A DNA stretch of 64,000 nt from an uncultured Gemmatimonadales bacterium (GCA_963708135.1 OY970192.1:3232001-3296000); one strand, 5' to 3'. Shown: positions 29,720 to 41,880, counted from the first letter of the stretch. The notes: a model not told the origin generated them from the sequence alone. Numbers and translations: made by a program.

Positions 29720-31170
29720 CACCCACCTCCCGCCGGCGCCGAATCCAGCCAGCCACCCGTGAACCCGGCGCGGCGTAGGCCGCGGACGATGTAGGGGTTC
29801 TGCCGCAGCAGCTTCCAGATGAGGCCGCTGCGGTAGTTCTCGATCATGGCGACGATCGGGCCCTCATCGATGCCGAGGTAGTCGGTGTCGAACCAGCCCA
29901 GCGCGGGATCCGTCCTCCCCGCCGTGGCGCCGGGCACGCGCAGCGTGGGGTTGAAGGCGTCGAGGAAGCCGTAGGTGGAATACAGGGCGTCGCCGTAGCG
30001 GTCCTTCATGGCCATGAGCGCGGGGACGGCGATCTCGGGGGCGAAGGCGATGGAGCCGCCGGCCGCGGTGGCGGCGAGGGTGCCGTCGTCGCGGACCTCG
30101 GTGAAGTCGGCGCCGCGCGCGGCGTAGCCCATGAAGGTCCGGCTGCGGCCGTCGATGGTGGCGGTGAAGTCGCCGGGACCATCGGAGGCGGTGAGCCCCC
30201 AGATGTCGGCGCCGTAGCCTGTCCAGCCGGCGGGGTCGGCCGTGGCGTAGGCGCGCTGGGCGAGGGTGGCGCGGCGCGAGTTCTCGAAGTAGTCGATGCC
30301 GTGGGCGCGCATGAAGGCGTCCCGGATGCCGCGGAAATCGACCCAGATCTGCGAGTACTGGTGCCCGAAGAGCGGCGCGAAGCCGAGGTGCTCCTGGCCG
30401 TAGTAGGCGCCCCAGCGGTAGGTGCTCGTGAAGTAGTCCCACGCGCCGTCCGCGGCGGGGTGGGTGGGCGAGCCGAGCGCCAGGATGTAGAGGATCATCG
30501 CCTCGTTGTAGCCGTGCCAGTCCATGGCGTGGAAGCCGGCCTCGGGCGTCCATCCCATGGCGACGCCGGGCGGCCGCGGCGAGAACCACGCCCAGTCCGC
30601 TCGGCGGTAGAGCGAGTCGGCGAGCGCGCGGATCGAGTCCTCGGGCGGCGTCGCCTGCGCGAAGTACTGCTGGCAGGCGAGCACCCCCGCGAAGAGCAGC
30701 GCGGAATCGATCGAGGAGAGCTCGATCTTCTGGTAGCGCCGGCCCGTCTGCATGTCGAGGAAGTGGTAGAAGAAGCCGTGGTAGCCGGCGGCGTCGGTCG
30801 TGGAGTCCTGGGGCGCGGTCCATAGGAAGCGGAGCGTGGTGAGCACGCGGGCGTCGGCGTCGGCGCGGGAGACCCAACCGCGCTCGACGCCGATCGGGTA
30901 GGCGGTCAGCGCGAATCCGACCGCGGCGATGCTCGAGAAGGTCGGGGTCGGCCAGCGGTCGGGCGTGAGTCCGTTGGCGGGGTTCGACCGCTCCCAGAAG
31001 AACTCGAAGGTGCGGTGCTCGAGGTCCTGGAGGAAGGCATCGGCCCCGGGCGGGAGCGGGCCGGGCGCCGGCGTGGTGGGGGTGGTGGCCGTGCGGGCGC
31101 AGGCGGCCAGCCCCGAGACGGCGAGCACGAAAGCAAAGCTGAGAGTCTGGGCGGCGCGCGATGGTCGCAT
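29719..31170 (-). CDS. GH144-like (glucoamylase-like DUF3131) glycoside hydrolase lipoprotein, probable endo-beta-1,2-glucanase
   Basis: SIAAVGF, GFFYHF, ELSSID, GYNEAM, PLFGHQYS, WGLTASDGP, YLGIDEGP. Confidence 0.85.
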   Translation of the reverse strand: MRPSRAAQTLSFAFVLAVSGLAACARTATTPTTPAPGPLPPGADAFLQDLEHRTFEFFWERSNPANGLTPDRWPTPTFSSIAAVGFALTAYPIGVERGWVSRADADARVLTTLRFLWTAPQDSTTDAAGYHGFFYHFLDMQTGRRYQKIELSSIDSALLFAGVLACQQYFAQATPPEDSIRALADSLYRRADWAWFSPRPPGVAMGWTPEAGFHAMDWHGYNEAMILYILALGSPTHPAADGAWDYFTSTYRWGAYYGQEHLGFAPLFGHQYSQIWVDFRGIRDAFMRAHGIDYFENSRRATLAQRAYATADPAGWTGYGADIWGLTASDGPGDFTATIDGRSRTFMGYAARGADFTEVRDDGTLAATAAGGSIAFAPEIAVPALMAMKDRYGDALYSTYGFLDAFNPTLRVPGATAGRTDPALGWFDTDYLGIDEGPIVAMIENYRSGLIWKLLRQNPYIVRGLRRAGFTGGWLDSAPAGGG

Positions 31171-31321
31171 CCGGCTCCTGGGGCGCGAAGGCAGCGGTGC
31201 GGGCAGTCTATCGCGGCCCGCAGAACGCGGGCCGCCCGGACGCACCAGACCGTTGCGCGCCCGGGCGGCACCGACTCGACGGGGGCGACGCCCCGCCGGG
31301 TCGCCGAGCTCGGTTCCGCCG

Positions 31322-34264
31322 CTAGAAGTTCGCCTCCGCGCCCAGCTGGAAGTGGCGCGCGTCGGTGACGAGACAGGTCGGCACGCCAAAGTTGGCGTCC
31401 GTGCGGTTGCCCGTCTGGTAGCAGCCGTAGTTGTTGTGGTTCAGCGCGTTGAAGATGTCGAGCGTGAGCCCGTACTTCACGCTGGAGCCGAACGCGTACA
31501 GGTCCTTGCGGAAGCGCAGGTCGAGGTTCTGGTACGGGAACGTGCCCGGCACGCTGAACCCGCCGCGCTGGTAGGCGTTTCCGGTGGTCCCGACACCGCA
31601 GAAGCGGCCGGGGCAGCCCACGTCCAGCGTGTACTTGCCGCCGAGCGTGAGGAGGCCGGAGGCCTGGATCCCCCAGAGGTAGGGGATGTCGGTGATGGCG
31701 TTGGCGACGAGCCGATACCGCTCATCATTGGACGGATGCCTCGGGATGCTCGCCGCGTTGGGGAAGGCGAAGTCGTCGTTCAGGAGGTCGGCCCCCGCCA
31801 CGTCGCGCCAGGCATACGTGAAGGCGAGGCCTGCGCCCCAGCCAAACCTGCTGTCCCCGGCCCGCGAATAGGGCCGCTGGATCTTGCCCTCGAGCCCCTT
31901 GTACCACGTCTGCTTCTGGTTCGAGGCGTAGATGAAGTTGCTGAAGCCGTGCTCGCCGACGTTGAAGGACGCGCAGCAGGTGCCGTCCGGGTTGAGCCCG
32001 AAGTTCGCCCAGTTGAGGATCGGCAGGTCGATCCCGTGCACATACGAGTAGTTGAGCGTGACCAGGAAGCTCGAGATCGCCTGCCGGACGCCGATCGCCG
32101 TCTGGATGGAATGCGGCGGCTTGAGGTCGTTCGGGATGAACCAGGCCTCCGGCTGCCCGCTGGTGTGAACCAGCTGGTCCAGCACGGCACGGTTCGCCGT
32201 GAGATAGGACGGATTCCAGGCGACCTGGTTCCCCGTCGGCGTCGTGCCGGGCTGCGCGAAATTGACCGTGTAGACCGGGTGGCTGATCTTCTGCACCGGA
32301 TCGACTCCGTACAGGTCGAACCCGATGCGGTCGTAGTAGATGCCCCAGCCGCCGAAGATCGTGGTGCGCTGGTTCCTGTCGAGAGCGTACGAAAAGCCGA
32401 GCCGCGGCTGGACCGCGCCGTAGAAGGTCGCGTTCTTCCCGGTCCGGATGTAGCGGTTCAGGTCGAGCGGCGTGATGAGCTGGCTGTTGTAGGCGCGCAG
32501 CGTGTCGGCGCTGGCCTGGGGCGTCGAGTAGTTCGAGTTCAGCATGTTGGTCTCGACATCCCAGCGCAGGCCCAGGTTCAGCGTCAGCCGGTCGACCGGC
32601 GTCCAGTCATCCTGCGCGTAGACTCCGAACTCGGTGTTGTTGGCCTTGAGGAACGGGTTCCCTGTGCCGTACTCGAGCAGGTAGGGTGTCGCGTACCCGT
32701 AGTCCGCGTTGAAGTGGAAGAGCGGAGTCCCGCTGTTGTCCTTGTTGATGTCATACTTCACGAAATCGACGCTCGCGCCCGTCTTGAAGACGTGCTGCCC
32801 GCCCCAGTCCGCGACCGAGTAGGTGAGGTCGTTGCGCAACCCCACGGAGGACTGGATGAAGTCCTGCGTGCTGCGCGCGCTTCCGAGGATCGCGTTGCCT
32901 GCGGGGAACTCGTACTGCAACTCCGGCTGCCCGGGCTCATTGGGGCTCGGATTCCGGCGCCACCGCGTGTAGTCGACCTTGGCCTCGTCCACCATCGAGC
33001 CGCGGAAGTACTTGTACGCGAGCTGACCGATGGAGACGTCCTGCCGGTAATTGTTCGCCGCGGTGAATGCCGTCGCGCCACCGAAGTCGCGGATATCGGT
33101 CTCGTGGCGGTTGTTGAAGCTGAGCTCGAACGTCGAGGAAGGGCCGGCCGAGTAATCGGCCTTGCCGAAGAACAGGTTCTCGCGGAACGGCGAGGTGAAG
33201 GAGCCCAGGTACTGGTTGAAGTCGATCGAGCCGAGCGCGGGATATCCCGTCGGGATCGTGGGGAAGGTCACCCGGTTCGCCCGGTTCTGGTAGTTGCCCT
33301 CGTAGGACACGAAGATGTGCGCCTTGTCCTTGATCAGCGGGCCGCCGATGCTGAGCGCGGTCAGCGTGCGGGAGTAGTCGGGCTTCTGGAAGGTCGAGGG
33401 GTTGGCCCGCTTGTCCGCCTGCTGGAAGGTGTCGAGCTGAATCAGGTTCTTGTTCTGGAAGCCGACGAGCACGTCACCGGACCAGGTGTTGCCGCCGGAC
33501 TTTGTGGTCGCGCTGATGATGGCGCTCGAGGACTTCTGGTACTCGGCCTTGAAGTTCTGCGTGATGACGCGGTACTCCTGAATCGCGTTGCGCGGGAACG
33601 GATTGCCCCGACTCGCGTCCTGCCCCGCCACGCCGCCGGCCGTCAGATCGTTCTTCAGGCTGGTCCCGTCGATGAAGACGTTCACGTTGTTGGGGCTCTG
33701 CCCGTTCGCGGAGAACGTACGGAACTGCTGGCTGTTGATGCGGTCCTCCGTGACGGTCACGCCCGGCGTGAGTTGCGCGAGGTCCAGGAAGTTGCGCGTG
33801 GGGCTGGGCAGCTGCTGGATCTGTTCGGGACTCACGTTGGTCGCGACCTCCGACGTGCGCGTCTCGATGGCGCGCTGCCCCGTGACCGTGATTCCCTGGA
33901 GCACGATGGCCTGCGTCGACAGCTGGAAGTCCGCCACCAGGCTCTGCCCGATCATTACCTGCAGCGTCCGGGACTCCGTCGCCTTGCCCAGCGCAGACAC
34001 CGTGATTCGGTACGTCCCGGGCCGCAGCCCCAACAGAGCGTAGGCCCCGTTCGCGCCGGCAATGGCCTGACGCTGATACCCGCTCGCGGTGTCCACCGCG
34101 ACGATCTCCGCGGAGGGCATGGGAGCGCCCGCCTCATCCCGCACGGTTCCACGAATCGTCGCGGTGCTGGTCTGCGCCGCGGCCGGGAGCGCCGCGAGCA
34201 GGCACAGCACCGCACCCGTCACCGGCGCCATCCACTGGCGTCGCATGATCCTCATCGTCCTCAT
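31322..34264 (-). CDS. TonB-dependent receptor (OAR-like)
   Basis: Signal peptide, carboxypeptidase-regulatory N-domain, [20 protein letters not shown], terminal Phe. Confidence 0.92.
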   Translation of the reverse strand: MRTMRIMRRQWMAPVTGAVLCLLAALPAAAQTSTATIRGTVRDEAGAPMPSAEIVAVDTASGYQRQAIAGANGAYALLGLRPGTYRITVSALGKATESRTLQVMIGQSLVADFQLSTQAIVLQGITVTGQRAIETRTSEVATNVSPEQIQQLPSPTRNFLDLAQLTPGVTVTEDRINSQQFRTFSANGQSPNNVNVFIDGTSLKNDLTAGGVAGQDASRGNPFPRNAIQEYRVITQNFKAEYQKSSSAIISATTKSGGNTWSGDVLVGFQNKNLIQLDTFQQADKRANPSTFQKPDYSRTLTALSIGGPLIKDKAHIFVSYEGNYQNRANRVTFPTIPTGYPALGSIDFNQYLGSFTSPFRENLFFGKADYSAGPSSTFELSFNNRHETDIRDFGGATAFTAANNYRQDVSIGQLAYKYFRGSMVDEAKVDYTRWRRNPSPNEPGQPELQYEFPAGNAILGSARSTQDFIQSSVGLRNDLTYSVADWGGQHVFKTGASVDFVKYDINKDNSGTPLFHFNADYGYATPYLLEYGTGNPFLKANNTEFGVYAQDDWTPVDRLTLNLGLRWDVETNMLNSNYSTPQASADTLRAYNSQLITPLDLNRYIRTGKNATFYGAVQPRLGFSYALDRNQRTTIFGGWGIYYDRIGFDLYGVDPVQKISHPVYTVNFAQPGTTPTGNQVAWNPSYLTANRAVLDQLVHTSGQPEAWFIPNDLKPPHSIQTAIGVRQAISSFLVTLNYSYVHGIDLPILNWANFGLNPDGTCCASFNVGEHGFSNFIYASNQKQTWYKGLEGKIQRPYSRAGDSRFGWGAGLAFTYAWRDVAGADLLNDDFAFPNAASIPRHPSNDERYRLVANAITDIPYLWGIQASGLLTLGGKYTLDVGCPGRFCGVGTTGNAYQRGGFSVPGTFPYQNLDLRFRKDLYAFGSSVKYGLTLDIFNALNHNNYGCYQTGNRTDANFGVPTCLVTDARHFQLGAEANF

Positions 34265-34337
34265 GGCCGACCTCCGTTGAGGGAATCCATCCTGGAATCC
34301 AAGAACCGCAACTCACGCCGCGCAGCCGGCCGCGCGC

Positions 34338-35348
34338 TCACGCCGCGGCGGCCCCGCACGACCTCCGTATCACCAGCTCCGTCGCCAGCACCTCCCGGCG
34401 ACGCACGTGCTCGCTGCCCGCCCGCACCGCCTCCAGCAGCCGCAACAGCGCACGCTCCCCGAGCTCCGCGATCGGCACCCGCACGGACGTCAGCGGCGGC
34501 GTCAGGTAGCGCGCGATCGGGATGTCGTCGAAGCCGACGACGGCCAGCGTCCCCGGCACGGCCACTCCCGCCTCCGCCAGCGCCGACAGCGCACCCACGG
34601 CCATCGCGTCGTTCGCGGCGAACAGCGCGTCCGGCAGCGGCCCCGACTCGAGCAGCGCCAGGGCCGCCGCGTGCCCCGAGCGCTCCGTGAAATCGCCCGC
34701 GAGCTCGAGCGCGCAGGCCGGCACCCCGGCCTCCGCCAGCGCGTCATGGTAGCCGCGCTGCCGCTCGGCCGCGTCGTGGTTGCGCGCCGGACCCGTGAGA
34801 AACACGATGCGGCGGCGGCCGTGCGCCAGCAGGTGCCGGACCATGGCCACCGCCCCGCCGTAGTTGTCGATGATGATCGAGTCCAGAAGCCGGCGCCCCG
34901 CGGGACAGTTGAGCAGCACGACCGGAAGGCTGGGGGGGAGCTCCGCCTCCAGCGCCGCGGGATCCGCATCCGGCGACATGATCACCAGACCGTCCACCCG
35001 ACGGTGCATCGCCCGGAACGCCGCCGTGATCTCGCCGTGGTCGTTGTGCGAGCCCGACAGCAGCAGGTGGTAGCCGTGCCGCTGCGCCCCCTGGTCGATC
35101 CCCCGGATCACCTCGGAGTAGAACTCGCCGTAGAGATCCGGCAGGATCACCCCGAGCGTCTCCGTCGTCCGGCGGATCAGCGTCCGCGCAGCCTCGTTCG
35201 GCACGTACCGGAGCGACTTGGCCACGCTCCAGACGCGCGCGCGCGTCTCCTCCCGCACCGGACCGCTGTCGTTGAGCACCCGCGACACCGTGGCCACGCT
35301 GACTCCCGCCTCCCTGGCGACGTCCCGTATGGTGACCGAGGGTTTCGT
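34338..35348 (-). CDS. LacI-family repressor, apparent ACG start codon
   Basis: TIRDVAREAGVSVATVSRVLN HTH, YVPN..AR, VVGFDD, PPLTSV; GGAGG lies 7 nt before an in-frame ACG. Confidence 0.9.
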   Translation of the reverse strand, partial: TKPSVTIRDVAREAGVSVATVSRVLNDSGPVREETRARVWSVAKSLRYVPNEAARTLIRRTTETLGVILPDLYGEFYSEVIRGIDQGAQRHGYHLLLSGSHNDHGEITAAFRAMHRRVDGLVIMSPDADPAALEAELPPSLPVVLLNCPAGRRLLDSIIIDNYGGAVAMVRHLLAHGRRRIVFLTGPARNHDAAERQRGYHDALAEAGVPACALELAGDFTERSGHAAALALLESGPLPDALFAANDAMAVGALSALAEAGVAVPGTLAVVGFDDIPIARYLTPPLTSVRVPIAELGERALLRLLEAVRAGSEHVRRREVLATELVIRRSCGAAAA

Positions 35349-35388
35349 GGCTGAGCCTCCGCTGCACGGGTTCGGGCTTCGTCCCGCG

Positions 35389-35404
35389 ATGTAAACGTTT
35401 ACAT
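35389..35404. promoter_or_regulatory. LacI-type operator ATGTAAACGTTTACAT
   Basis: Perfect 16-bp palindrome with central AAACGTTT, about 40 bp upstream of lacI, adjoining a candidate TTGCCC-17-TATCAA promoter on the minus strand. Confidence 0.85.
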
Positions 35405-35580
35405 TGATACGTTCGTGACAGGGGGAGGGCAAGAGATTCGCGGGCCGGCCAACGAATGCGTGCGGCGGGAGCGACCTCTCGAGGCGGCGTCCGGCCGCAC
35501 GTTGCGCGGGCGACGTTCGGCCGCACGTTGCGGGGGTACTTCCAGCCGCGCGCGACTCAGGCGCCCAACTGCCTTTTGAC

Positions 35581-35800
35581 ACAGAGGGAACGGAGGAGAC
35601 GGAGGGAACGGAGAACGGATTTCCTATTTCCCCCGCCACCGCTCCAGGAGTGCGGGTCGTACCTCCCGTGTGGGGTGGGCCGGGCGCGTCGGAGAAAGGA
35701 AAACGAGAGGGCCCGAAGCTGGCGGGGCCGCGGGCCCTCGGACGCACCGGTTCCCGGACCCGCCCGCTCCGTGTCCTCCGAGTCCTCCGTTTCCTCCGTG
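35581..35800. repeat. Element with inverted 9-mer arms (ACGGAGGRR / YYCCTCCGT)
   Basis: ACAGAGGGAACGGAGGAGACGGAGGGAACGGAG ... CTCCGTGTCCTCCGAGTCCTCCGTTTCCTCCGTG. Confidence 0.78.
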
Positions 35801-35905
35801 ACCACTGCTGTTCTTGCAGCCTCGCCCGGATGCCGACGTCGCGCCCGCGCGGCGGCCCGGCGAGCGCCAACGCCGCGGCCTGGCGTCAGCCCGCCTCGCG
35901 CCAGC

Positions 35906-36283
35906 TCAGCCGCCGGCGGCGGTTCCGATGAGGGCCTCGATCTTGGACAGCAGGCGGGCGAACTCGACGGGCTTGGTGTCGTAGTCGTCGCAGCCGGCTT
36001 CGATAGCCCTGTCCTTGTCGCCGGCCATGGCGTGGGCGGTGAGGGCGATGACGGGGATGTCGCGCAGCCCGGCGTCGTCCTTGATCTCGCGGGTGGCGGT
36101 CCAGCCGTCCTTCACGGGGAGGCTCATGTCCATGAGGATGAGGTGGGGCAGCTCGCTACGGGCGCGGGCGATGCCATCGTCACCATCGACGGCGACGACG
36201 ACGTGGTAACCCTTGCGCTCGAGGCGGCGCGAGAGCATGTCGCGGTTCATCTCGTTGTCTTCGACCAGCAGGATCTTCGGCAT
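35906..36283 (-). CDS. Single-domain response regulator (DivK-like)
   Basis: ILLVEDN, LILMDMSLP, ALTAHAM.GD, TKP. Confidence 0.93.
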   Translation of the reverse strand: MPKILLVEDNEMNRDMLSRRLERKGYHVVVAVDGDDGIARARSELPHLILMDMSLPVKDGWTATREIKDDAGLRDIPVIALTAHAMAGDKDRAIEAGCDDYDTKPVEFARLLSKIEALIGTAAGG

Positions 36284-36306
36284 TCCCCGGCTCTCCGGCT
36301 CGTGGT

Positions 36307-39300
36307 TCAGGCGCCGCCCGCGGGCGCGGTGCGCCTTCCTGCGTGTACGGCCCTGCGCAGCTCTTCGATGAGGTCGGCCGCGGAGCTCTCGCCCTTCTGG
36401 ATGACGCGCAAGGCGCCCTTCAGCCGCTGGCGGTCGTCCTCGGTCAGGGTCTTGGCGGTCAGCACGATGATGGGCGTCATGGCGTGGGTGCCGCGCGCGC
36501 GGACGACCTCGAGGAAGGCGAAGCCGTCCATCTCGGGCATCATGAGGTCGAGCAGCACGACCGCGGGGGTGTGGTCGAGCATGCGGTCGAGGGCGACGCG
36601 GCCGTTCTCGGCCTCGACCACGCGCCAGCCGTCCTTCTCCAGGGTGCGGCGCAGCATCTCGCGGACGTCGGGGTCGTCATCGACGACGAGCACCGGGCCG
36701 GCGGCGCCATCGGCGCGCACGCGCCTGAGGGCATCGGCGAGGCGGTCGCGCTCGACGGGCTTGGTGAGATAGTCGGCGGCGCCGAGGGCGAAGCCGAGGT
36801 TTCGGTCGTCGATGACGGTGACGACGACCACCGGGATGTCGGCGGTGGCGGCGTCGCCCTTGAGGCGGGAGAGGACGCCCCAGCCGTCGAGGCCGGCCAT
36901 CAGCACATCGAGCGTGATGACGTCGGGGTGCTCCTCCCGCGCCGCGCGCAGCCCGTCCTCGCCCGATGCGGCGAGGCGGACGTTGTAGCCCTCGCGGGCG
37001 AGCATGCGGGCGAGCATCTCGCGGGCGGTGGGGTCGTCATCGATGACGAGCACGGTGGCGCCGCCGCCGCCCTGTGGTAGCGGAATCTCGCGGGGCGCCC
37101 CGGCGGGCTGGGCCGGCCGGATGGTCTCGGCGTCGATGGGGAGCAGTACGGTGAAGCTGGTGCCCTGGCCGGGCTCGCTCGCCATCTCGATGGTGCCGCC
37201 CATCATCTCGCAGAAGTGGCGGGTGATGGTCAGCCCGAGGCCGGTGCCGCCGTACTTCTTGGTGGTGGAGGCATCCGCCTGGGTGAACGGCTGGAACAGG
37301 CGGGCCATCTGCTCGGCGGTCATGCCGATGCCGGTGTCGGAGATGCGGAACGTGACCTGCTCGCCGGTGCGTGCGGCGGCGAGCGAGATGGTGCCGTGCT
37401 CGGTGAACTTGGATGCGTTGGAGAGCAGGTTGAAGAGGATCTGGCGCACCTTCACCTGGTCGAGCCTGGCGCGGCCGAGATCGGGGGCGAGATCCAGGGC
37501 GAGCGCGTTCTCGTTCTTCTCGATGAGCGGCCGGATGGTGTTTGCGACCTCGTCGATCATGGCGGCGATCTCGAAGGTCTCGAGGTAGAGCTCCATGCGG
37601 CCGGCCTCGATCTTGGACAGGTCGAGGATGTCGTTGATGAGGCCGAGCAGGTGGCGGCCGGAGGTGTGGATCTTCTGGAGGTCGGGGACGTAGACGTCGT
37701 CGGCCGCGTCCGCGGCCTCCTCGATCAGCATCTCGCTGTAGCCGATGATGGCGTTGAGCGGGGTGCGCAGCTCGTGGCTCATGTTGGCGAGGAACTGGCT
37801 CTTGGCCTGGTCGGCGGCCTCGGCCTCGCGGCGCGCGCGGATGAGGTCGGTGATGTCGTGGTAGAGCGCGACCAGTCCGCGCGGCTCGCCGTTGACGAAC
37901 ACGGAGACGGCCAGCACCTCGACGTCCACCCACTCGCCGTCCTTGCGGCGGCGGCGCGTGATGCGGTGCACCGTCTCTCCAGTGGCCGCCTGCGTGATGG
38001 CCGCCGCCTCCTCGTGCATCGCCTCGTCGGTGATCAGGGCATCCAGGTCCCGGCCGTGGATCTCGGACTCGGTCCAGCCGAAGAGCCGCTCGAAGGCGGG
38101 ATTCGCCGACAGGATCCTGGACTCGAGGTCGCACGTGACGATGGCGACGGGGCTGTTCACGACCACCGACTCGAAGTACTCGCGCTGCTCCTGCGCCTCG
38201 GTGTAGAGGCGGGCGTTCTCGATCGCGACGGCCGCCTGCTGGGCGAACATGTTGAGCAGGCGGAGGTCGCCCTCGGAGAACTGGCGCTCCGGATCGTGGT
38301 GCCACACGGCGATGGCGCCCATGGGCCGCTGCCCGATGAGCAGCGGGGCCACGACCATGGCATGGGAGTCAACACCCTCGTACTGGGCGGAGCGGCCCTC
38401 CCAGGCATGGTAGTCCGGGATCATCAGCTGCTTCTGGCCGCGGATGGCGTGGCCCATGGCGCCGTCGTGCATGCCCAGCCTCATGCCCACGGTCGAGGTC
38501 GGCATGTGCTGGTTGGCCATGACCACGAGCTCCTGCCTGGCCTCGTCGACGATGGCCAGCTCGCCGCCGGCCGTGTCCATCAGCGTCACGGCGCGCTCGA
38601 GCACGGAGTCGAGCAGGCGGGCCAGCTCGAGCTGCCCCGACAGGTCGGCCATGGTGTCGATGAGCGCCTGCTGCTCCATGGCGCGCTGGCGCTCGCGCGT
38701 CATCTGCTGCTCGAGCGCCGCCGTGCGCTCGCCGACCTTGGCCTCGAGCGAGCGGTTGCTCTCGGACAGCTCGTTCGACAGGCGCTCGAAGCCCTGCGCG
38801 GTACGCGCGAAGCCGTAGGCCAGGTAGAGCGACGGCGCGAAGGCGAGGCCGAGGGAGGAGAAGTAGACCAGCCAGAGCGCGTGCGGCGCCATCTGCACCA
38901 CGCCGAAGATGCCCAGCAGGTAGTAGCCGAAGCCGGCGAGCGTCACGGCCAGGCCGGCGGCGAGCATGGCCGCGCCCTCCGTCCGGCGCGAGACGGCCAG
39001 GGCGAGAACGCGGACGGCCTCCGCGGCAAGGCCGAGGATGGCCAGGAAGCCGACGCGGCTCCACACCCGTCCGGACCCTGCCCCCGCGTGCGGCCGCAGC
39101 ACCACCAGCACGGCCACGAGGCCGATCACCGTCAGGACCAGCGGAACGGTGAAGGCGCGCGGGATGCGCCGGTAGAACATGGTGTAGAGGAAGCTCACGA
39201 GCGCGAGCAGCCCGAGCAGGCAGGAGACGCCGCCGACCAACTCGAGCGTGGTCCGAACGCGGAACGAGCCGCTGCCGTGCGCCAGGTACAGCATGAGCAG

Positions 39301-40092
39301 CAGCACGGCGAAGTGGCCGGCGAACGCCGCGTAGTGCAGGTTCGAGACGGGCTTCCGCAGCAGCAGGTACAGCACGAAGTAGAGGGCGCCGACGGCCAGG
39401 AACAGGCCGAACAGGCCGAGCAGGAGGGCGCCGTCGAAGCGCTGCGCCCGGGCGACGCCCGCGATCGCCGCGCCGGGCAGCACGCCGGCCCGGAAGAGCG
39501 CGCTGTCGGGCGCGCTGCGCGCCACATCGAGCGCGGAGCCGAGGTGGTAGCGCACGGCGAGCAGGGCCGAGGCGCTGTCGAACAGGATCGGGATCGGCAG
39601 GAGCGGCACCTCGATGGCCGCGTGGCCTCCGGCGCGGTCGAGATCGCCGAGATCGCGCAGCTTGCGGCCGTCCAGGAACAGCTCCGCGGCGCCACGATTG
39701 GCGAACTGCAGGGCGAGTGGCTGCCGGATCAGCATGCGCTCCGGCTCGATGTGCAGCCGGAACCAGCCAATGGCCGGGACGCCGCTCTTCTCCAGCTGCC
39801 GGACCCGGGCCCTCACGCTGTCGGGGAGCGGCCGGGAAGGGTCGAGCGGAGTCCAGTCCGAATCGTCGTAGGTCGGCAGCGACCAGCTCGGATTGTCTCC
39901 CAGCCGGAACTCCCAGCGCCCGTCCAGCGGGACGCCCTCCGCCTCCACGCGGCGCGCGGAGATCAGCTGGCTGGAGAGGAGCGAGCCGGCCGGGGACTGG
40001 GCGTGCAGGCGGTCGGCGCCGGCGCCGAGGGCGAGCGGGAAGAGGACCGCTAGCAGAAGCCTGAGACCACCACGACGCAGAGACCGGGGCAT
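36307..40092 (-). CDS. Hybrid sensor histidine kinase (extracellular sugar-binding-like domain, multi-TM region, GAF, PAS, HisKA, HATPase, two REC)
   Basis: [41 protein letters not shown], two receiver domains. Confidence 0.92.
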   Translation of the reverse strand: MPRSLRRGGLRLLLAVLFPLALGAGADRLHAQSPAGSLLSSQLISARRVEAEGVPLDGRWEFRLGDNPSWSLPTYDDSDWTPLDPSRPLPDSVRARVRQLEKSGVPAIGWFRLHIEPERMLIRQPLALQFANRGAAELFLDGRKLRDLGDLDRAGGHAAIEVPLLPIPILFDSASALLAVRYHLGSALDVARSAPDSALFRAGVLPGAAIAGVARAQRFDGALLLGLFGLFLAVGALYFVLYLLLRKPVSNLHYAAFAGHFAVLLLMLYLAHGSGSFRVRTTLELVGGVSCLLGLLALVSFLYTMFYRRIPRAFTVPLVLTVIGLVAVLVVLRPHAGAGSGRVWSRVGFLAILGLAAEAVRVLALAVSRRTEGAAMLAAGLAVTLAGFGYYLLGIFGVVQMAPHALWLVYFSSLGLAFAPSLYLAYGFARTAQGFERLSNELSESNRSLEAKVGERTAALEQQMTRERQRAMEQQALIDTMADLSGQLELARLLDSVLERAVTLMDTAGGELAIVDEARQELVVMANQHMPTSTVGMRLGMHDGAMGHAIRGQKQLMIPDYHAWEGRSAQYEGVDSHAMVVAPLLIGQRPMGAIAVWHHDPERQFSEGDLRLLNMFAQQAAVAIENARLYTEAQEQREYFESVVVNSPVAIVTCDLESRILSANPAFERLFGWTESEIHGRDLDALITDEAMHEEAAAITQAATGETVHRITRRRRKDGEWVDVEVLAVSVFVNGEPRGLVALYHDITDLIRARREAEAADQAKSQFLANMSHELRTPLNAIIGYSEMLIEEAADAADDVYVPDLQKIHTSGRHLLGLINDILDLSKIEAGRMELYLETFEIAAMIDEVANTIRPLIEKNENALALDLAPDLGRARLDQVKVRQILFNLLSNASKFTEHGTISLAAARTGEQVTFRISDTGIGMTAEQMARLFQPFTQADASTTKKYGGTGLGLTITRHFCEMMGGTIEMASEPGQGTSFTVLLPIDAETIRPAQPAGAPREIPLPQGGGGATVLVIDDDPTAREMLARMLAREGYNVRLAASGEDGLRAAREEHPDVITLDVLMAGLDGWGVLSRLKGDAATADIPVVVVTVIDDRNLGFALGAADYLTKPVERDRLADALRRVRADGAAGPVLVVDDDPDVREMLRRTLEKDGWRVVEAENGRVALDRMLDHTPAVVLLDLMMPEMDGFAFLEVVRARGTHAMTPIIVLTAKTLTEDDRQRLKGALRVIQKGESSAADLIEELRRAVHAGRRTAPAGGA

Positions 40093-40322
40093 GCGATCCT
40101 TTGACGGGTGGCGCGAGGCGCGTCACCGGCTGGGTCGGCCGACCAGGGATTTGGAGATGACCCGTAAAGATCGACGACGCCCGCCCTTCCGGCAAGCTTC
40201 TTACATCATCGCTCTTGTTCGGGGACCATGCGCCGGTCATCTTAATAGGCTATCCTTCCCAAATCACTCCGCTCGCGACCGGCACCGGCGACGCGCGGCC
40301 ACACCTCTTCCCCCGGAGGCGA

Positions 40323-41873
40323 ATGAAGCACGCACGGCAGGTGATCGGGTCGTCCATCGTCGCGCTGGTGCTGGCGGCGTGCGGCAACGGCATGCCCCAG
40401 GACAAGACGGCGCGGACGAACCAGACCCTCGCTCTCTGGCCGGTCACGACCTCCTCGGCCCAGGCTCGGCAGGAGGTCACGGACGGCATCCGGGAGTACG
40501 ACGGGGAGCGGTGGCCCGAGGCGGAGCAGCACTTCGACCGCGCGGTCGCCGCGGACTCGGCGCTCGCCACGGCCCAGCTCTGGGCGGCGCTGGCGGCGCC
40601 GACCGCGGAGGAAGGGAGCGCGCATATGGAGCGGGCCGTGCAGCTCGCGCCCGGTGCCGGCGCGATCGAGCGCCTCATCATCCACGTCTATCAGAAGGAC
40701 CGCGCCGGCGACGAGCAGGGCGGCCGCGCGCTCGCCGTGCAGCTCGTGAAGCAGACGCCGGGCAACCCGCGCTCCTGGATGCTGCTGTCGCAGCAGGACT
40801 CGCTGCTCGGCAACATCGCCCAGCAGCGGGTGGACCTGGACAGCGCGATCGCCGTCGCGCCGGCCTTTGCCCCGGCGTACGCCGCGCTCAGCTCTTCGCT
40901 CGTGCAGAACGAGCCGTACGAATACGCCAGGGGCGAGCAGATGGCGCGCAAGGCGGTGGAGCTCGAGCCGCAGGAGGAGGCGGCGTACCGCGTCCTCGGT
41001 AGCTCGCTGCGGTCACAGGGGCGGCTGGCCGAGGCCGCGCAGGCGTATACCAAGGAGGCGGAGCTCAATCCCACGCAGGGGCTCGGGCTGCAGCAGCGGG
41101 CGCACGCCAATTCGTTCCTGGGACACTACGCGGAAGCCCGCGCGGACTACGAGGCCGCCGTGGCGCGGGAGACCGATCCGGGGAACAAGTTCGGCTACAT
41201 CACGTTCCGGCCCAACGTCTACCTCTTCGAGGGGAACGGGCGCGGCGGCTACGCGGAGCTCGATTCGCTCTACAGGTTCGTGGACGACGAGAAGGTTCCG
41301 GACCCGGCCGGGGACAAGCTCTACCTGGCCCTGTCCCAGATCTCGGTGGCCGTCCACTACCGCCTGCTCCCCGAGGCCGAGCGTGCTTACGGGAGAGCGG
41401 ACTCGCTCGCGTCGGTGGTAGCGAAGGAGCTGGGAACGGAGACGTTCCGGCGTCGCCTGCAGGCGCAGATGGCGCTGGAGGCGGGTTACCTGGGCCTGGC
41501 GAAGAAGGACTACGCGGGTGCGGAGAAGGGGGCCGCGGAGTACATGCGGCTCGTCGCCTCGGACCAGTCCCAGACCAAGGACCGGCCCGCCCACCTGTTG
41601 CGCGCGCTCATCCTGCTCGAGCAGGGCAAGGCTTCCGACGCGCTCGGCGAGTTCGACCAGGCGCCGGTCACGACGTCGAACGTGTACGGGTTCAACGGGA
41701 TTCTGGACGTCGTGTACGCCAACTATTACCACGGCGTGGCGCTGGAGCAGGTCGGGCGCACGGCCGAGGCACGGAAGTACTACCAGAAGGTCGCAAGCTA
41801 CTACTTCAACTCGATCGACGCCGCGCTGGTCCACAACGACGCTGTCGCCAAGCTGAAGAAGCTCGGCGCCTGA
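40323..41873 (+). CDS. TPR-repeat lipoprotein
   Basis: GGAGG RBS, LAAC lipobox, multiple TPR-like helical repeats. Confidence 0.8.
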   Translation: MKHARQVIGSSIVALVLAACGNGMPQDKTARTNQTLALWPVTTSSAQARQEVTDGIREYDGERWPEAEQHFDRAVAADSALATAQLWAALAAPTAEEGSAHMERAVQLAPGAGAIERLIIHVYQKDRAGDEQGGRALAVQLVKQTPGNPRSWMLLSQQDSLLGNIAQQRVDLDSAIAVAPAFAPAYAALSSSLVQNEPYEYARGEQMARKAVELEPQEEAAYRVLGSSLRSQGRLAEAAQAYTKEAELNPTQGLGLQQRAHANSFLGHYAEARADYEAAVARETDPGNKFGYITFRPNVYLFEGNGRGGYAELDSLYRFVDDEKVPDPAGDKLYLALSQISVAVHYRLLPEAERAYGRADSLASVVAKELGTETFRRRLQAQMALEAGYLGLAKKDYAGAEKGAAEYMRLVASDQSQTKDRPAHLLRALILLEQGKASDALGEFDQAPVTTSNVYGFNGILDVVYANYYHGVALEQVGRTAEARKYYQKVASYYFNSIDAALVHNDAVAKLKKLGA

Positions 41874-41880
41874 GGCCCAC

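Noticed and set aside
35349..35870. N-terminal extension of LacI in the ORF track (510 aa)
   Set aside because: Runs through the operator, candidate promoter and a repeat element; the HTH starts right after the RBS near 35356-35360
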